Below are positions 40,654 to 50,103 of a stretch of DNA of 64,000 nucleotides, in pieces. How positions within the stretch are numbered: position 1 is the first letter of the stretch; each line of letters starts with the position of its first letter. Location of the stretch: contig CAZQQT010000007.1 of the NCBI GenBank assembly GCA_964595645.1, forward strand, positions 1-64,000, written 5' to 3'. This stretch comes from an uncultured Thermococci archaeon (GTDB lineage: Archaea; Methanobacteriota_B; Thermococci; Methanofastidiosales; B48-G16). Below the pieces are notes generated by a model. That model did no database searches and had not been told where the DNA came from. It saw nothing but the letters and a program-made list of their open reading frames with translations. Position numbers and translations under genes: made by a program.

Positions 40654-41832
40654 TTATTTTAATCTAGATTTAATGACCTTTGCCAGTCGTTTCACTCCTT
40701 CCTCTATATCCTCATCGCTCGGGTAGGAGAAGTTAATTCTCATTGTATTCTTTCCACCCATGAAGGCGGAACCGATGACATAGGCAACGTTCTGTTCGAT
40801 GGCATCCTCAAACATCTCCTTGGTATCGATATACTCCGGAAGCGTCACCCAAAGGAACAGTCCTCCACCCGGCTCCGTCCAAGAGACCTCCTTCGGGAAG
40901 TACTTCTCCATGGCACTAATCATGAGATCCCGCTTCCGCTTGTACATTGTTCGGATGCGTTTGAGGTTCTCCTCGAGATATCCTCGCTTGCAGTACTGAT
41001 ACGTGATCCGCTGAGCGAGGACGTTGGTACAAAGATCTGTCGACTGTTTGGCTATCGTGATTTTCCGGATAATATCCTCAGGACCGCATATCCACGCAGT
41101 TCTCAATCCGGGCGAAAACAGCTTTGAGAACGTTCCCAGATAAAGTACATTCTCCTGTGAGTACGCGATCACCGGTTTCGGCGGCTCGCCGCTGAAGGCA
41201 AGTGCGGAGTAGGGGTTGTCCTCCACCACCGGAACATCGTACTTCAGTGATATCTCCACTAGCTTCTTTCGTTTCTCCTCGGACATGCAGATTCCTGCAG
41301 GGTTTTGGAACGTGGAAACGCAGTAGATAAATTTCGGCTTTTTCTCTGATTTCAGTCGCTTTTCTAAGGCATCAAGATCCATTCCATCTTCCTGTAAGGG
41401 AACAGTCTCTATATCGGCCTGATACGCTCTGAATGCTCCCAGTCCTCCAAGGTAGGATGGTGACTCGGTAATAACGATATCCCCTTTCTCGAGGAAGACT
41501 TTGCTCACAAGATCAAGCCCCTGTTGCGAACCGGAGGTGATGAGAAAATTGTCGGGAGAGGAATCGTAACCCCGTCCTGTCATCCAGTCCGCTAAATACT
41601 CTCTGAGCTTCGTGTACCCCTCGGTTGTTCCATACTGAAGCGCTTTCTCAGCTTCATGATCCATTACGTAGTCCACGCACTCTTTTATTCTCTTGACATC
41701 GTACGATTTTGGATTCGGCAATCCACCGGCAAAAGAGATGATCTCTGGTTTTTGTGTCAGTTTCAGCAGCTCACGGATCTCAGACGCTGTGAGACCCTGT
41801 GCTCGCTCTGAGTAGAATTTCTCCCAATCCAT
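40654..41832 (-). CDS. PLP-dependent class I aminotransferase (LysN/ARO8-like)
   Basis: ISFAGGLP, LQYG, GSQQ, FQNPAG, EDNPY, TFSK..PGLR. Confidence 0.92.
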   Translation of the reverse strand: MDWEKFYSERAQGLTASEIRELLKLTQKPEIISFAGGLPNPKSYDVKRIKECVDYVMDHEAEKALQYGTTEGYTKLREYLADWMTGRGYDSSPDNFLITSGSQQGLDLVSKVFLEKGDIVITESPSYLGGLGAFRAYQADIETVPLQEDGMDLDALEKRLKSEKKPKFIYCVSTFQNPAGICMSEEKRKKLVEISLKYDVPVVEDNPYSALAFSGEPPKPVIAYSQENVLYLGTFSKLFSPGLRTAWICGPEDIIRKITIAKQSTDLCTNVLAQRITYQYCKRGYLEENLKRIRTMYKRKRDLMISAMEKYFPKEVSWTEPGGGLFLWVTLPEYIDTKEMFEDAIEQNVAYVIGSAFMGGKNTMRINFSYPSDEDIEEGVKRLAKVIKSRLK

Positions 41833-41933
41833 GTAGACACCAATCGATCTCTGAATATGAATATAAAAATGTTATGTTAATTATAACACCTTTATACCGA
41901 TAACTTTTTAAATTTCTTTCCCAAATAAGATTT

Positions 41934-42503
41934 ATGGAACAAAAAATAGTTTATTTCGAAAAAAAGGGGAAAGAAAACACAGGAACCGCAATAAACCTCG
42001 CAATGCAACGGGCTGAAGAGCTTGGAATAGATACATTTGTACTGGCTTCAACGCGGGGAGTGACCGCCGAAAAATTTGTGGATCGTGCTCCGAAGGAATG
42101 CAAAGCGATTGTTGTGACCCATCAAGCAGGATTTAGAGAAAAAGGAAAAACAGAAATGAGCGACGAAACAAAAGAAAAACTGAAAAAAGGAGGAATGGAA
42201 ATCCTCACGATGACACATGCACTCTCCGGTGTGGGAAGAGGTGTGTCACGGAAGTTTGATGGTGTCACGCCGCCAGAACTCATGGCGAGTACACTGAGGA
42301 TGTTCTCTCAGGGGATGAAAGTCTGTGTGGAGATAGCAGTAATGGCAGCCGATGCAGGAATCATTGATATGAGCAGTGAAATCATGACAATTGGTGGAAC
42401 GGGAAAAGGTGCAGATACCGTTGCAGTAATAAAGCCGGCACACTCATTTGATATCTTCGATCTTGATGTGAAAGAGATAGTAGCTATGCCGAGAGATAAG
42501 TAA
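41934..42503 (+). CDS. Pyruvate kinase C-terminal-like domain protein (COG1751)
   Basis: YFEKKGKENT, VTHQAG, HALSG, QGMKVCVE, GADT. Confidence 0.85.
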   Translation: MEQKIVYFEKKGKENTGTAINLAMQRAEELGIDTFVLASTRGVTAEKFVDRAPKECKAIVVTHQAGFREKGKTEMSDETKEKLKKGGMEILTMTHALSGVGRGVSRKFDGVTPPELMASTLRMFSQGMKVCVEIAVMAADAGIIDMSSEIMTIGGTGKGADTVAVIKPAHSFDIFDLDVKEIVAMPRDK

Positions 42504-42582
42504 ATGGACTAAAAGTTTAATTTCATATACCTTAAGTGCATAGACCGGAACATTTATAAAGAGGGGTGTGTATAGAGAAGTG

Positions 42583-42999
42583 ATGAATGACATAGACGAT
42601 CTCAGAGAGGAACTGAGGAACGAGTTGAAGGAAGAGATGCAGAAACTGCGAGATGAGATCCTCACGAAAGGGGAAGAAGAGATAGCTGAGCTTATCCCCG
42701 AAAAAAAAGAAAAATCTACTTTCGACGAGGAATTTGCAGAGGAAATACTGAAGGCCCTTGCAAACAAGGAACGACTGAAAATATTGAAAGAACTTTACGG
42801 AAACGCCAAGTATTTCTCCGATCTTCTCGAATGTACAGGACTCGACAACTCCCCACTACGATTCCACCTAAACAGCCTCAGGGACGCGAGATTCATCGAA
42901 CAGGAACGGTACAGGGGAAAGTATCTCATCACCACGCAGGGAAAAATCGCTGTGAGAGTCATCGAGTTTCTCTGTTCTAAATGTGAGGTGAAAGAATGA
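42583..42999 (+). CDS. ArsR-type winged-helix transcription regulator
   Basis: LKALANKERLKIL...LRFHL..L...GKYLIT..G. Confidence 0.85.
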   Translation: MNDIDDLREELRNELKEEMQKLRDEILTKGEEEIAELIPEKKEKSTFDEEFAEEILKALANKERLKILKELYGNAKYFSDLLECTGLDNSPLRFHLNSLRDARFIEQERYRGKYLITTQGKIAVRVIEFLCSKCEVKE

Positions 43000-43373
43000 A
43001 GATTAGAAAAAGTATAGATGAGCTGCAAAAAATAGACCTTAGTGTGGAATGTCCCGAATGCGGGAGAAAAATACGAATTAAAGAGGAAATCGATCTTGAA
43101 GAGGGCTTTCAGGATCCAACATCAATCACAGACATATTCGAATCAATGCTGCTCCAGTGTTCCTGTGGAAATGAGTTTTTTGGAGCGGAAACAAAGGAAA
43201 GTGATCTCATAGATGACCTCGTGGATATACTCATCGAACTCAAGCATGACGGGAAAGTCTCTTACGACGATGGAATATTTTGTCTTGATATAGGCATGAT
43301 TGAAGGCCTGAAATATCTGAAAAAGCTGAAAGATCTTGGAGAAAAATACGACAGGGGTGATATCTTTGAGTAA
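42996..43373 (+). CDS. Hypothetical zinc-binding protein
   Basis: CPECG and CSCG motifs; ATGA overlap with the regulator gene. Confidence 0.65.
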   Translation: MKIRKSIDELQKIDLSVECPECGRKIRIKEEIDLEEGFQDPTSITDIFESMLLQCSCGNEFFGAETKESDLIDDLVDILIELKHDGKVSYDDGIFCLDIGMIEGLKYLKKLKDLGEKYDRGDIFE

Positions 43374-44919
43374 CGCAAAAATCGCAGAAAAACTCTGCAA
43401 CAGAGTAGCATTTGTGTTTCTAGCACTCTGGTTTATTGTCCAGGTGACGGATATACTCGGAACGTACGAGTATCCTGCGTACTTCCTTGGGCTTGTGTTC
43501 CTGTTCTTCCTCGCAGGTTCTATCTTCGGAGGCATGAAATACAGAGCAACGGTGAAAAAGGTAGCGTACGGCATCGCCAAGGCCACCTTCCTTATCTGGC
43601 TGTTCATAAAAATTGGCGGCCATTTTGACTGGGTGGGATTCACCACACCGCTCATCCTTGGAGAGTGGTCATGGACATGGATCGAATACTCCCAGTACGT
43701 CATCATCGCGTTTTTCGCCTCGATACTCATCGGGTACACCGCTGGAAAACACAAGCGGGGCATCAGAACGGTGATGTATGGAATTGGCTTTGTGGGTATC
43801 GCGTTCTGGATCTTCGTAAAACTCCTGGATCTCATTCCAGAGTACCAGACGGCAATTCTCATTGGAAGCATCGGCGCCGTGGCCATCGGGTATGTTGCCG
43901 GTGTGTTTGAAGAAGAACGTCGGTTCCGATGGGTCCATGAAGTTGAGGAGGCTGAAGAGATCCACGAACCGAAGATACAGGAAGAAGCTCAGGTGCTCAC
44001 CGACGACTGCGAGATAAAAAAGGGAAAAACGACGTTTACTATGGATAAGGGTAGTATATTCGTGCCCATCGCCAACGGAGAGGAAATCGGTGGTGTGTTC
44101 TTTGGACAGGGATCCTACGTGGTTGATGCTGAGGTAAAAAAGTACATCAACGTCTTCCAGGGCATCACCGCCCTCACCGGAAAAAAGTGGAATGCCACGA
44201 AAAAGAACATCAAGCTGCAGAGTGCGGAAGACAAAGATTTTGATACTATGGGGCTGAAAAAAGAGGAAATCTTCGATCTCGCGCGGATACAAATAGAAGA
44301 ACGAGAATGGAAGAAAATAGGGAAGAAATTCAAGAAAAATGTAACAAACTTTGAAATGCCCTTCATCAAGGTACGAGAATCCGAAGACGGAGAGTACGTG
44401 AAGGTAGGACCCATCGAGGTAGTCGGGAAAGGAAAAGGATCGAGAGTGAAGATGGGCCCCTTCACCTTCAACGAAGGCATGGACATCGAATGGGAAAACA
44501 GACGACTCTACGATCTCTCCGCCAAGATACGTACAAAAGACAAGGAAATTTCGTTGAAAGTAAAGGATGACAGGGCAACGCTACGGGAAGACGACAGACT
44601 GGTGGTGTCCACACCGGGAAAAGTTATCGTCGAGGATGGTGACGTAAAACTGAAGATCAAGGGGGGCAAGAGGATCCTCAAAACGAATGATCTTAAAATA
44701 TACGAGCGCGAGGAGAAAACAATCCTCAAAACACCCAAAACAAAGATTGTGCTCAACGACGAGGTAAAGATCACACAGAACGGCAAGATGCGGACACTGA
44801 AAAATCCGAGAATGCGTAGAGAGCTGCAGGACGCGATTGACAAGCTCATACGAGATGCTTTAGACAAAAAAGAGATGGAAGAACTGGACGACCTCCTAAC
44901 ACGACTGGAAAAAGAGTAA
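43366..44919 (+). CDS. Membrane protein (about 6 TM) with long beta-rich cytoplasmic or external C-terminus
   Basis: Hydrophobic N-terminal third; TTG start after GGTGA. Confidence 0.7.
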   Translation: MSNAKIAEKLCNRVAFVFLALWFIVQVTDILGTYEYPAYFLGLVFLFFLAGSIFGGMKYRATVKKVAYGIAKATFLIWLFIKIGGHFDWVGFTTPLILGEWSWTWIEYSQYVIIAFFASILIGYTAGKHKRGIRTVMYGIGFVGIAFWIFVKLLDLIPEYQTAILIGSIGAVAIGYVAGVFEEERRFRWVHEVEEAEEIHEPKIQEEAQVLTDDCEIKKGKTTFTMDKGSIFVPIANGEEIGGVFFGQGSYVVDAEVKKYINVFQGITALTGKKWNATKKNIKLQSAEDKDFDTMGLKKEEIFDLARIQIEEREWKKIGKKFKKNVTNFEMPFIKVRESEDGEYVKVGPIEVVGKGKGSRVKMGPFTFNEGMDIEWENRRLYDLSAKIRTKDKEISLKVKDDRATLREDDRLVVSTPGKVIVEDGDVKLKIKGGKRILKTNDLKIYEREEKTILKTPKTKIVLNDEVKITQNGKMRTLKNPRMRRELQDAIDKLIRDALDKKEMEELDDLLTRLEKE

Positions 44920-45002
44920 TCATCTTTTCTTCTTTTCTTTTTTGTATCTCTTCTGAGAATAGAGGAGACAAGATTTAAATATCTCCGAATGTTCATGTGC
45001 GT

Positions 45003-45704
45003 ATGAAGAAGATAACTGCAGTGCTCATGATTTTCTCGATGCTTGCGGTGGGCTGTATCGGTGGGGGAGATGAACAGACCACCACGACAGCACCATCGAC
45101 TACTCCAGCCGTTCCTACTACTACTGCGGCTCCCACAGAAAAGTCGTTGGAGGATGTATTCACACCATTATACAAGGATAAAATGTGGGCAAAGCACATG
45201 GCGGCATCTGAGGGGCAGGAAATTCCTATTATCATGAGAATGTTCGATGAGGACGAGATGTACATTTTTGAAACAGAAGCGCCAGTACAGGGGATAAGAG
45301 CGGTAATCCAGGTATGGTACTCCGCAACAGGAGAGAGCATTCTGGAGGGCGAGCTGGTAAAATATGCGGTGAAGATGGATGAAACCGTATACTGTACGAA
45401 AGCGACCACAGCCCCGGCCCCGCTCCAGTATCCCGAAAAGTACAGCATGTATAGCGTTGTCAGGGAAACGACGTACACCACTCCCACGGGAAAAGAAGTA
45501 CCGGTTTTTGTGGTGAAGGATGGAACGGAGGAGTACTGGTTTTCCAGTGAGGTACCGTTCTCCATTGTAAAAATTATCTCCGACGGAGAAGAAATCCTGA
45601 TACTCAATGATTTTGGGTTCGATGCAGAAAGGGAAATATCACGAGAAGAAATAGAACACTGCCAGCCCATGGAGACACCTCCTCAGCAGACAACGAGTCC
45701 GTGA
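45003..45704 (+). CDS. Hypothetical lipoprotein
   Basis: Lipobox AVGC and Thr/Pro linker. Confidence 0.75.
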   Translation: MKKITAVLMIFSMLAVGCIGGGDEQTTTTAPSTTPAVPTTTAAPTEKSLEDVFTPLYKDKMWAKHMAASEGQEIPIIMRMFDEDEMYIFETEAPVQGIRAVIQVWYSATGESILEGELVKYAVKMDETVYCTKATTAPAPLQYPEKYSMYSVVRETTYTTPTGKEVPVFVVKDGTEEYWFSSEVPFSIVKIISDGEEILILNDFGFDAEREISREEIEHCQPMETPPQQTTSP

Positions 45705-45989
45705 TTCTATACTATAAAGATCGGCATGTACTAATCCATAATCTTTTTTCTTTTATGATGCTTACTCTTCTCCCAATGTTTCTATGGGGCTCACATCTCT
45801 GAAGATACCAAGACCATTGAAGTACTTCTTTACCCGTACAGGTATGTGGACCTTGGAGATACCACTCGCCTCTTCCGTAACGTCCACCGATCGGTTGGCA
45901 TCATGGGTGAAATCAATGTAGACAATGTTGTACTCCGGATTCTCATCAAAACCATCGCCCGGGCGCTACCATCAGGAGATGATGTAGTC

Positions 45990-46057
45990 GAGGATGAGAC
46001 ACCAGTAATTTTTTAATCTATTTTATTACTTCCTTTTTTATATATTCCAGAAAAAGA
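45990..46057. repeat. Direct repeat copy A (68 bp; partner at 47095-47162)
   Basis: gaggatgagacaccagtaattttttaatctattttattacttccttttttatatattccagaaaaaga; 6 mismatches to copy B. Confidence 0.85.
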
Positions 46058-46168
46058 TGGAAAGAGTTCTAACACTCTTAGGAGATCCTTCTCCAATACA
46101 TGCCTAAAAATTCTATTAAGAATTTATTAAGAATTGTGGAACGTTATTAAATAGTTCATACACCGTTT

Positions 46169-46648
46169 CTACGGTGTCATTACAGTTATGAACTCCACTC
46201 TCCTAAAGTCGTTGTCGAAGGTAGCAATATCAGTTATTCCATACTTTTTCATCGTTGCAACATGGAAAGCATCAGTTGTAAGCAGTCCATACTTCCACGA
46301 AATCTCCACTGCGCTTTCGAGAAGCTGGCTTGATACCTCAACAATTCGCAACCCTCTGATAGCTGTGATCTCTTGTATGTTTTTTCTGGTTCTATGTAAT
46401 GTAGAGATTGCTTCAGGTTTCTTTCTCAAATATTGTATCGCCTGTCCCATATCTTTGTTATATTTTTTACAGACCTCTAACATCATCATTTTATGGAGAA
46501 CTTCATTGAGCACGAAGAGTGAGCTCATTCCACTAACCTCTCCTTTGTCCATCTTCTCTATAAGTTTCTCACACGAATCAACAAATTGAGGATGCTCTGT
46601 GACGTAATATATAAATATATTCGCATCTATGAAAACAGAACTACTCAC
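46169..46648 (-). CDS. vapC: PIN-domain (VapC) toxin
   Basis: FIDANIF, NE, DAFHVA, IATFDNDF. Confidence 0.92.
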   Translation of the reverse strand: MSSSVFIDANIFIYYVTEHPQFVDSCEKLIEKMDKGEVSGMSSLFVLNEVLHKMMMLEVCKKYNKDMGQAIQYLRKKPEAISTLHRTRKNIQEITAIRGLRIVEVSSQLLESAVEISWKYGLLTTDAFHVATMKKYGITDIATFDNDFRRVEFITVMTP

Positions 46649-46833
46649 AACGACACCCATAACTCATCCTCGATAATTTCATCGACAACTCGAGGATCAA
46701 CCTTTAAACTTCCTTTCATCGATTTCACATCTTTTTGTTCTGTTATCTCTATCTCCACCTCTTCACCCTCCTTTAAATTTAATTTTTCCATTGGTTTTAA
46801 CACTTTGTTTTTGTATATAGCTTTTATTTTCAT
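46645..46833 (-). CDS. DUF104/AF2212-type antitoxin
   Basis: IKAIYKNKVLKPM..LKEGEEV; overlaps vapC. Confidence 0.9.
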   Translation of the reverse strand: MKIKAIYKNKVLKPMEKLNLKEGEEVEIEITEQKDVKSMKGSLKVDPRVVDEIIEDELWVSL

Positions 46834-47094
46834 GAATATTCCTTGTCTTTTGACTTAATAAATCTTTTCCATACACTATCTGTCTCTTGGAAAAAAATTA
46901 TTTAAGCATGGAAACAGTACTGAATGACGGATAAACAGATTGCAAAGAAAAATAAACCACTCTTAGGGGATAACGCTTGAAAAAATTCTATATTTTGTGA
47001 TTATGAAAACAATTGTTGTTTCCTAGAATTGGAGGATCGGTATATGCGAGATGTGACTGATCCTGGCTATGAAATTCCATAAACACGAATTCAT

Positions 47095-47162
47095 GGGGAT
47101 GGGACATCAGCAATTTTTTAATCTATTTTATTACTTCTTTTTTTATATACTCCAGAAAAAGA
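47095..47162. repeat. Direct repeat copy B, overlapping the 3' end of the DUF6884-like gene
   Basis: ggggatgggacatcagcaattttttaatctattttattacttctttttttatatactccagaaaaaga. Confidence 0.85.
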
Positions 47163-47641
47163 CTGCCTTTCAGAGAAATCACGGGGGCGTGATGCTGTTT
47201 TGCCTCGTTAATCCCGCAGGGTATCGTCTCTGCACCCTGTATTTCTCTGTTCGTGAAAAACACTGACGGAATTGGAATATCTATTAAGAATTTTTCGATG
47301 GCAGTGAGATAATCTTCGCCGAGCAGAAAAAATACCTTTTCGTAGGTGTTTGTCTCGATTATTGATCGCAGTTGCTCCTCGATACCGAGATCCTCACTTC
47401 TTCTCCGTATCGCGTCTCTCCGCATCGTAGTGAAGCTCAGATCGTACGGTTCAATTCCCGTATCCTCATGAATGAGCCCGTACTTCGCAGAGAGAATGTA
47501 CCAGTCCACACTGTGGTAGTTCCGCAGAAGCTCGGTGCCTTGCTTCGTGAGGAGATGCTGGGTTCCCTGGTACAGCTCCGCAGCCCTCTCTTTTCCCTCT
47601 TTTTTCTTCTTGGTGCAGGATGAGACAACGAGAATATTCAT
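47123..47641 (-). CDS. DUF6884/YaaA-like protein
   Basis: MNILVVSSCTKKK, A.ELYQG, YILSAKYGLI, IEPYD; ATG 1 nt after the queC stop. Confidence 0.75.
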   Translation of the reverse strand: MNILVVSSCTKKKKEGKERAAELYQGTQHLLTKQGTELLRNYHSVDWYILSAKYGLIHEDTGIEPYDLSFTTMRRDAIRRRSEDLGIEEQLRSIIETNTYEKVFFLLGEDYLTAIEKFLIDIPIPSVFFTNREIQGAETIPCGINEAKQHHAPVISLKGSLFLEYIKKEVIK

Positions 47642-47642
47642 A

Positions 47643-48287
47643 TCACTCGTACTCGATGGGATCCTCGCACCCTGCCTTCTCAAACCCTTCCAGCCGGAGT
47701 GTACATGACTCGCACTCACCGCAGGCCTTGTCCGTGGCAAAGTAACAGCTCCACGTGTGTTCAAAGGGCACGCCGAGTTCTATCCCCTTTTGAATGATCT
47801 CCTGTTTACTCATCTCGGCCAGCGGTGTCTTCAAGGTGATATCCCCCCGTTTCGTTCCTTTCTCAATCAACTGTTGGAATGCCTCGAAGTACTGAGGCCG
47901 GCAGTCCGGATATCCAGAGAAATCCACGTAGTTTGCGCCGTAGAAAATGGCCTCTGCACCCACCACCTCGGCCCACGCCACGGCCAGTGAGAGGAAGATT
48001 GAGTTCCTGAAGGGCACGTAGGTACTCGGAATACCTGTGTCATCCCGCGTGACCTCGAGGTCATCTGTCAGCGCGGATCCACCTATCTCCTTTAGAAAGG
48101 CGAGATCGATGATCTTCAACTCTGCGTTGAAATGATCGGCGAGATGGGTGACGCACGCTTCTTCTTTTTCTACGGTGTTCTGCCCGTACGTGATAAAAAG
48201 CGCGTAGAGATCGTACCTTTCCCTCTGCGCGATGGCTGCGCAGACGGTAGAATCAAGTCCGCCCGACATCAACACAACAGCCTTCAA
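47643..48287 (-). CDS. queC: 7-cyano-7-deazaguanine synthase
   Basis: SGGLDS, YGQ, TYVPFRN, GYPDCR, TWSCY, CGECESC. Confidence 0.96.
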   Translation of the reverse strand: MKAVVLMSGGLDSTVCAAIAQRERYDLYALFITYGQNTVEKEEACVTHLADHFNAELKIIDLAFLKEIGGSALTDDLEVTRDDTGIPSTYVPFRNSIFLSLAVAWAEVVGAEAIFYGANYVDFSGYPDCRPQYFEAFQQLIEKGTKRGDITLKTPLAEMSKQEIIQKGIELGVPFEHTWSCYFATDKACGECESCTLRLEGFEKAGCEDPIEYE

Positions 48288-49057
48288 ATTGATCCCTCCG
48301 AGTAGACGTTATGGCGGTGAATGGACTCGTAGCTCGTGCAGGTAGCTGTTGCGTGACACCCGAACCGTTTTGACCGTTCGAGGATGCCGCGGGTCACATC
48401 CTCCACGAACTTCGGGTTTTCATGCATATCGCGGATAATCTTCGCCTCGTCCTCTGTTTTGAGCAGCGTGTAGACCCGGGAAGAGAAACTCTCCTCCACA
48501 ATGGATATCATCTCCTCAAGGGAGATCTCCTTCTCTAACGCACATGGGATCTCCAGTGTCGCCTTGGCCCGCTGTATATGCGTCTTCCCCGAGGTCTCCA
48601 GTGCGTGGGGGCAGAGCGTGTTGCCGATAACCTCGACCCGCAGGATTTTTCGCCACTCACCATTGTAGATCACGGTTACCTGGATATCGTGGACCTCGAT
48701 AGTGCACTTCTTCGACCGCGGTGTCTCCTCCTCGAGAGGAAGTGTTGAACTAAATGAGATCTCCGCCTTCTCGTACGGATGCTTCTCTCGCACCCGCTGG
48801 AGAATATCTCTGCCGAGATCCTCGAGAGAGTAGTGCTCCTCTTCGATCTCCTCCTCGAGACACGCAGTGATGGACTCAATCAGTCGGGACATATGGATTC
48901 CCTTTCTGTCCTCGGCAAGATCGATGTAGATATCGATCTCAGGGATATGTCTGTACTTCTTCCCGTCCCGCTTTATCTTAATGAGCGTTTTTAATTCTGT
49001 AATTCCAACTTTGTTGAGTTTTATCCGTTGATCCGGTGGTTTGTCCTGTGTATTCAT
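48284..49057 (-). CDS. folE2: GTP cyclohydrolase FolE2/MptA
   Basis: KGIHMSR, CP, H.QR, LLK..DE, PKFVED, ESIH.HN. Confidence 0.9.
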   Translation of the reverse strand: MNTQDKPPDQRIKLNKVGITELKTLIKIKRDGKKYRHIPEIDIYIDLAEDRKGIHMSRLIESITACLEEEIEEEHYSLEDLGRDILQRVREKHPYEKAEISFSSTLPLEEETPRSKKCTIEVHDIQVTVIYNGEWRKILRVEVIGNTLCPHALETSGKTHIQRAKATLEIPCALEKEISLEEMISIVEESFSSRVYTLLKTEDEAKIIRDMHENPKFVEDVTRGILERSKRFGCHATATCTSYESIHRHNVYSEGSI

Positions 49058-49674
49058 CTGAGATCACCTAATTTATGGAGCTGGGTGAGTATCCTAAGAT
49101 CGTGATCGATGGGATCTTCACGATAAATGGAAAAAAGCTTTTTGTACTGGAGCTCGTGGAAGTTTGGCTGCAGGATAAGCGGCACATCGAGATCTATCTG
49201 CCTCAGCACGTTTTTCACAAAGAGGTAGTCGTCTCTATCAGAGATAACGGCCTTGAGCTGTCCCTCCTCCATAGTGTCCAAAATTTTTTGAAGAATGGGA
49301 AGATCAATCTGCATCCCGCTACTCGGCGTCTTGAGATCCACGCTAACAAACTCGACATCTTTGATAACATCTTTATATATTGTTCCATTCGTCTCAAGTG
49401 CAACGTTATGGGGCAATGCCTCAACGAGAGGCGCAATATCCTGGAGAAGCGGCTCTCCACCGGTGATACATATCCAGTTCGTGGAGAAATCCTCTATTTC
49501 GTCCACGATATCGTCCAATGACACCTGATCTTCCCGGGTTCTTGCATAGGAGGTGTCACACCAGTTGCACCGAAGATTACACCCGGCGAGCCGTATGAAG
49601 CCCGTGGGCATGCCGCTCTGGAGTCCTTCACCGTTGAGAGAAAAGAAGATCTCACTCAGAAAGTACTTCTGCAT
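49054..49674 (-). CDS. queE: 7-carboxy-7-deazaguanine synthase (radical SAM)
   Basis: EIFFSLNGEG, CNLRCNWCDT, TGGEP, ETNG, QLHK. Confidence 0.95.
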   Translation of the reverse strand: MQKYFLSEIFFSLNGEGLQSGMPTGFIRLAGCNLRCNWCDTSYARTREDQVSLDDIVDEIEDFSTNWICITGGEPLLQDIAPLVEALPHNVALETNGTIYKDVIKDVEFVSVDLKTPSSGMQIDLPILQKILDTMEEGQLKAVISDRDDYLFVKNVLRQIDLDVPLILQPNFHELQYKKLFSIYREDPIDHDLRILTQLHKLGDLR

Positions 49675-50005
49675 AGTTGTGTCTCCCCTCCCAAACTTGT
49701 ACCGCGACCACCTTCTCCGTGTTTTTTCTGATCTCGTCGTAGATAGATCGCGCGATGTTCTCTACAGTAGGTGTATCGAAATACTCGTTGAGATCTGCGT
49801 GATCGTACCGTTCTACAATGGGGTTCACGATCTTTTTGACTTCATCAAAATCCATAACCATTCCCGATGCCACCTTTCCCTCCAAGGTAACCACGAGTTT
49901 GTACGTGTGACCGTGAAGGTTCTTGCACTTCCCTGCATGTTCCTTCACTCTATGGGCAGCATCAAAATAGAATACCTTGCTTACCTTCGTTCGCATATAA
50001 ATCAT
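49652..50005 (-). CDS. queD: 6-carboxytetrahydropterin synthase
   Basis: FDAAH, C.NLHGH, MVMDF, DH, PTVEN. Confidence 0.95.
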   Translation of the reverse strand: MIYMRTKVSKVFYFDAAHRVKEHAGKCKNLHGHTYKLVVTLEGKVASGMVMDFDEVKKIVNPIVERYDHADLNEYFDTPTVENIARSIYDEIRKNTEKVVAVQVWEGRHNYAEVLSE

Positions 50006-50103
50006 TTATTCTGTCACTTAAAAAAGGTATTTGTGATCTCTAGCGCAGTGCGCCGAAGATGGTGGAGAGGAATGTATTTAAAATATCACGGAAAGAGTAC
50101 TGT

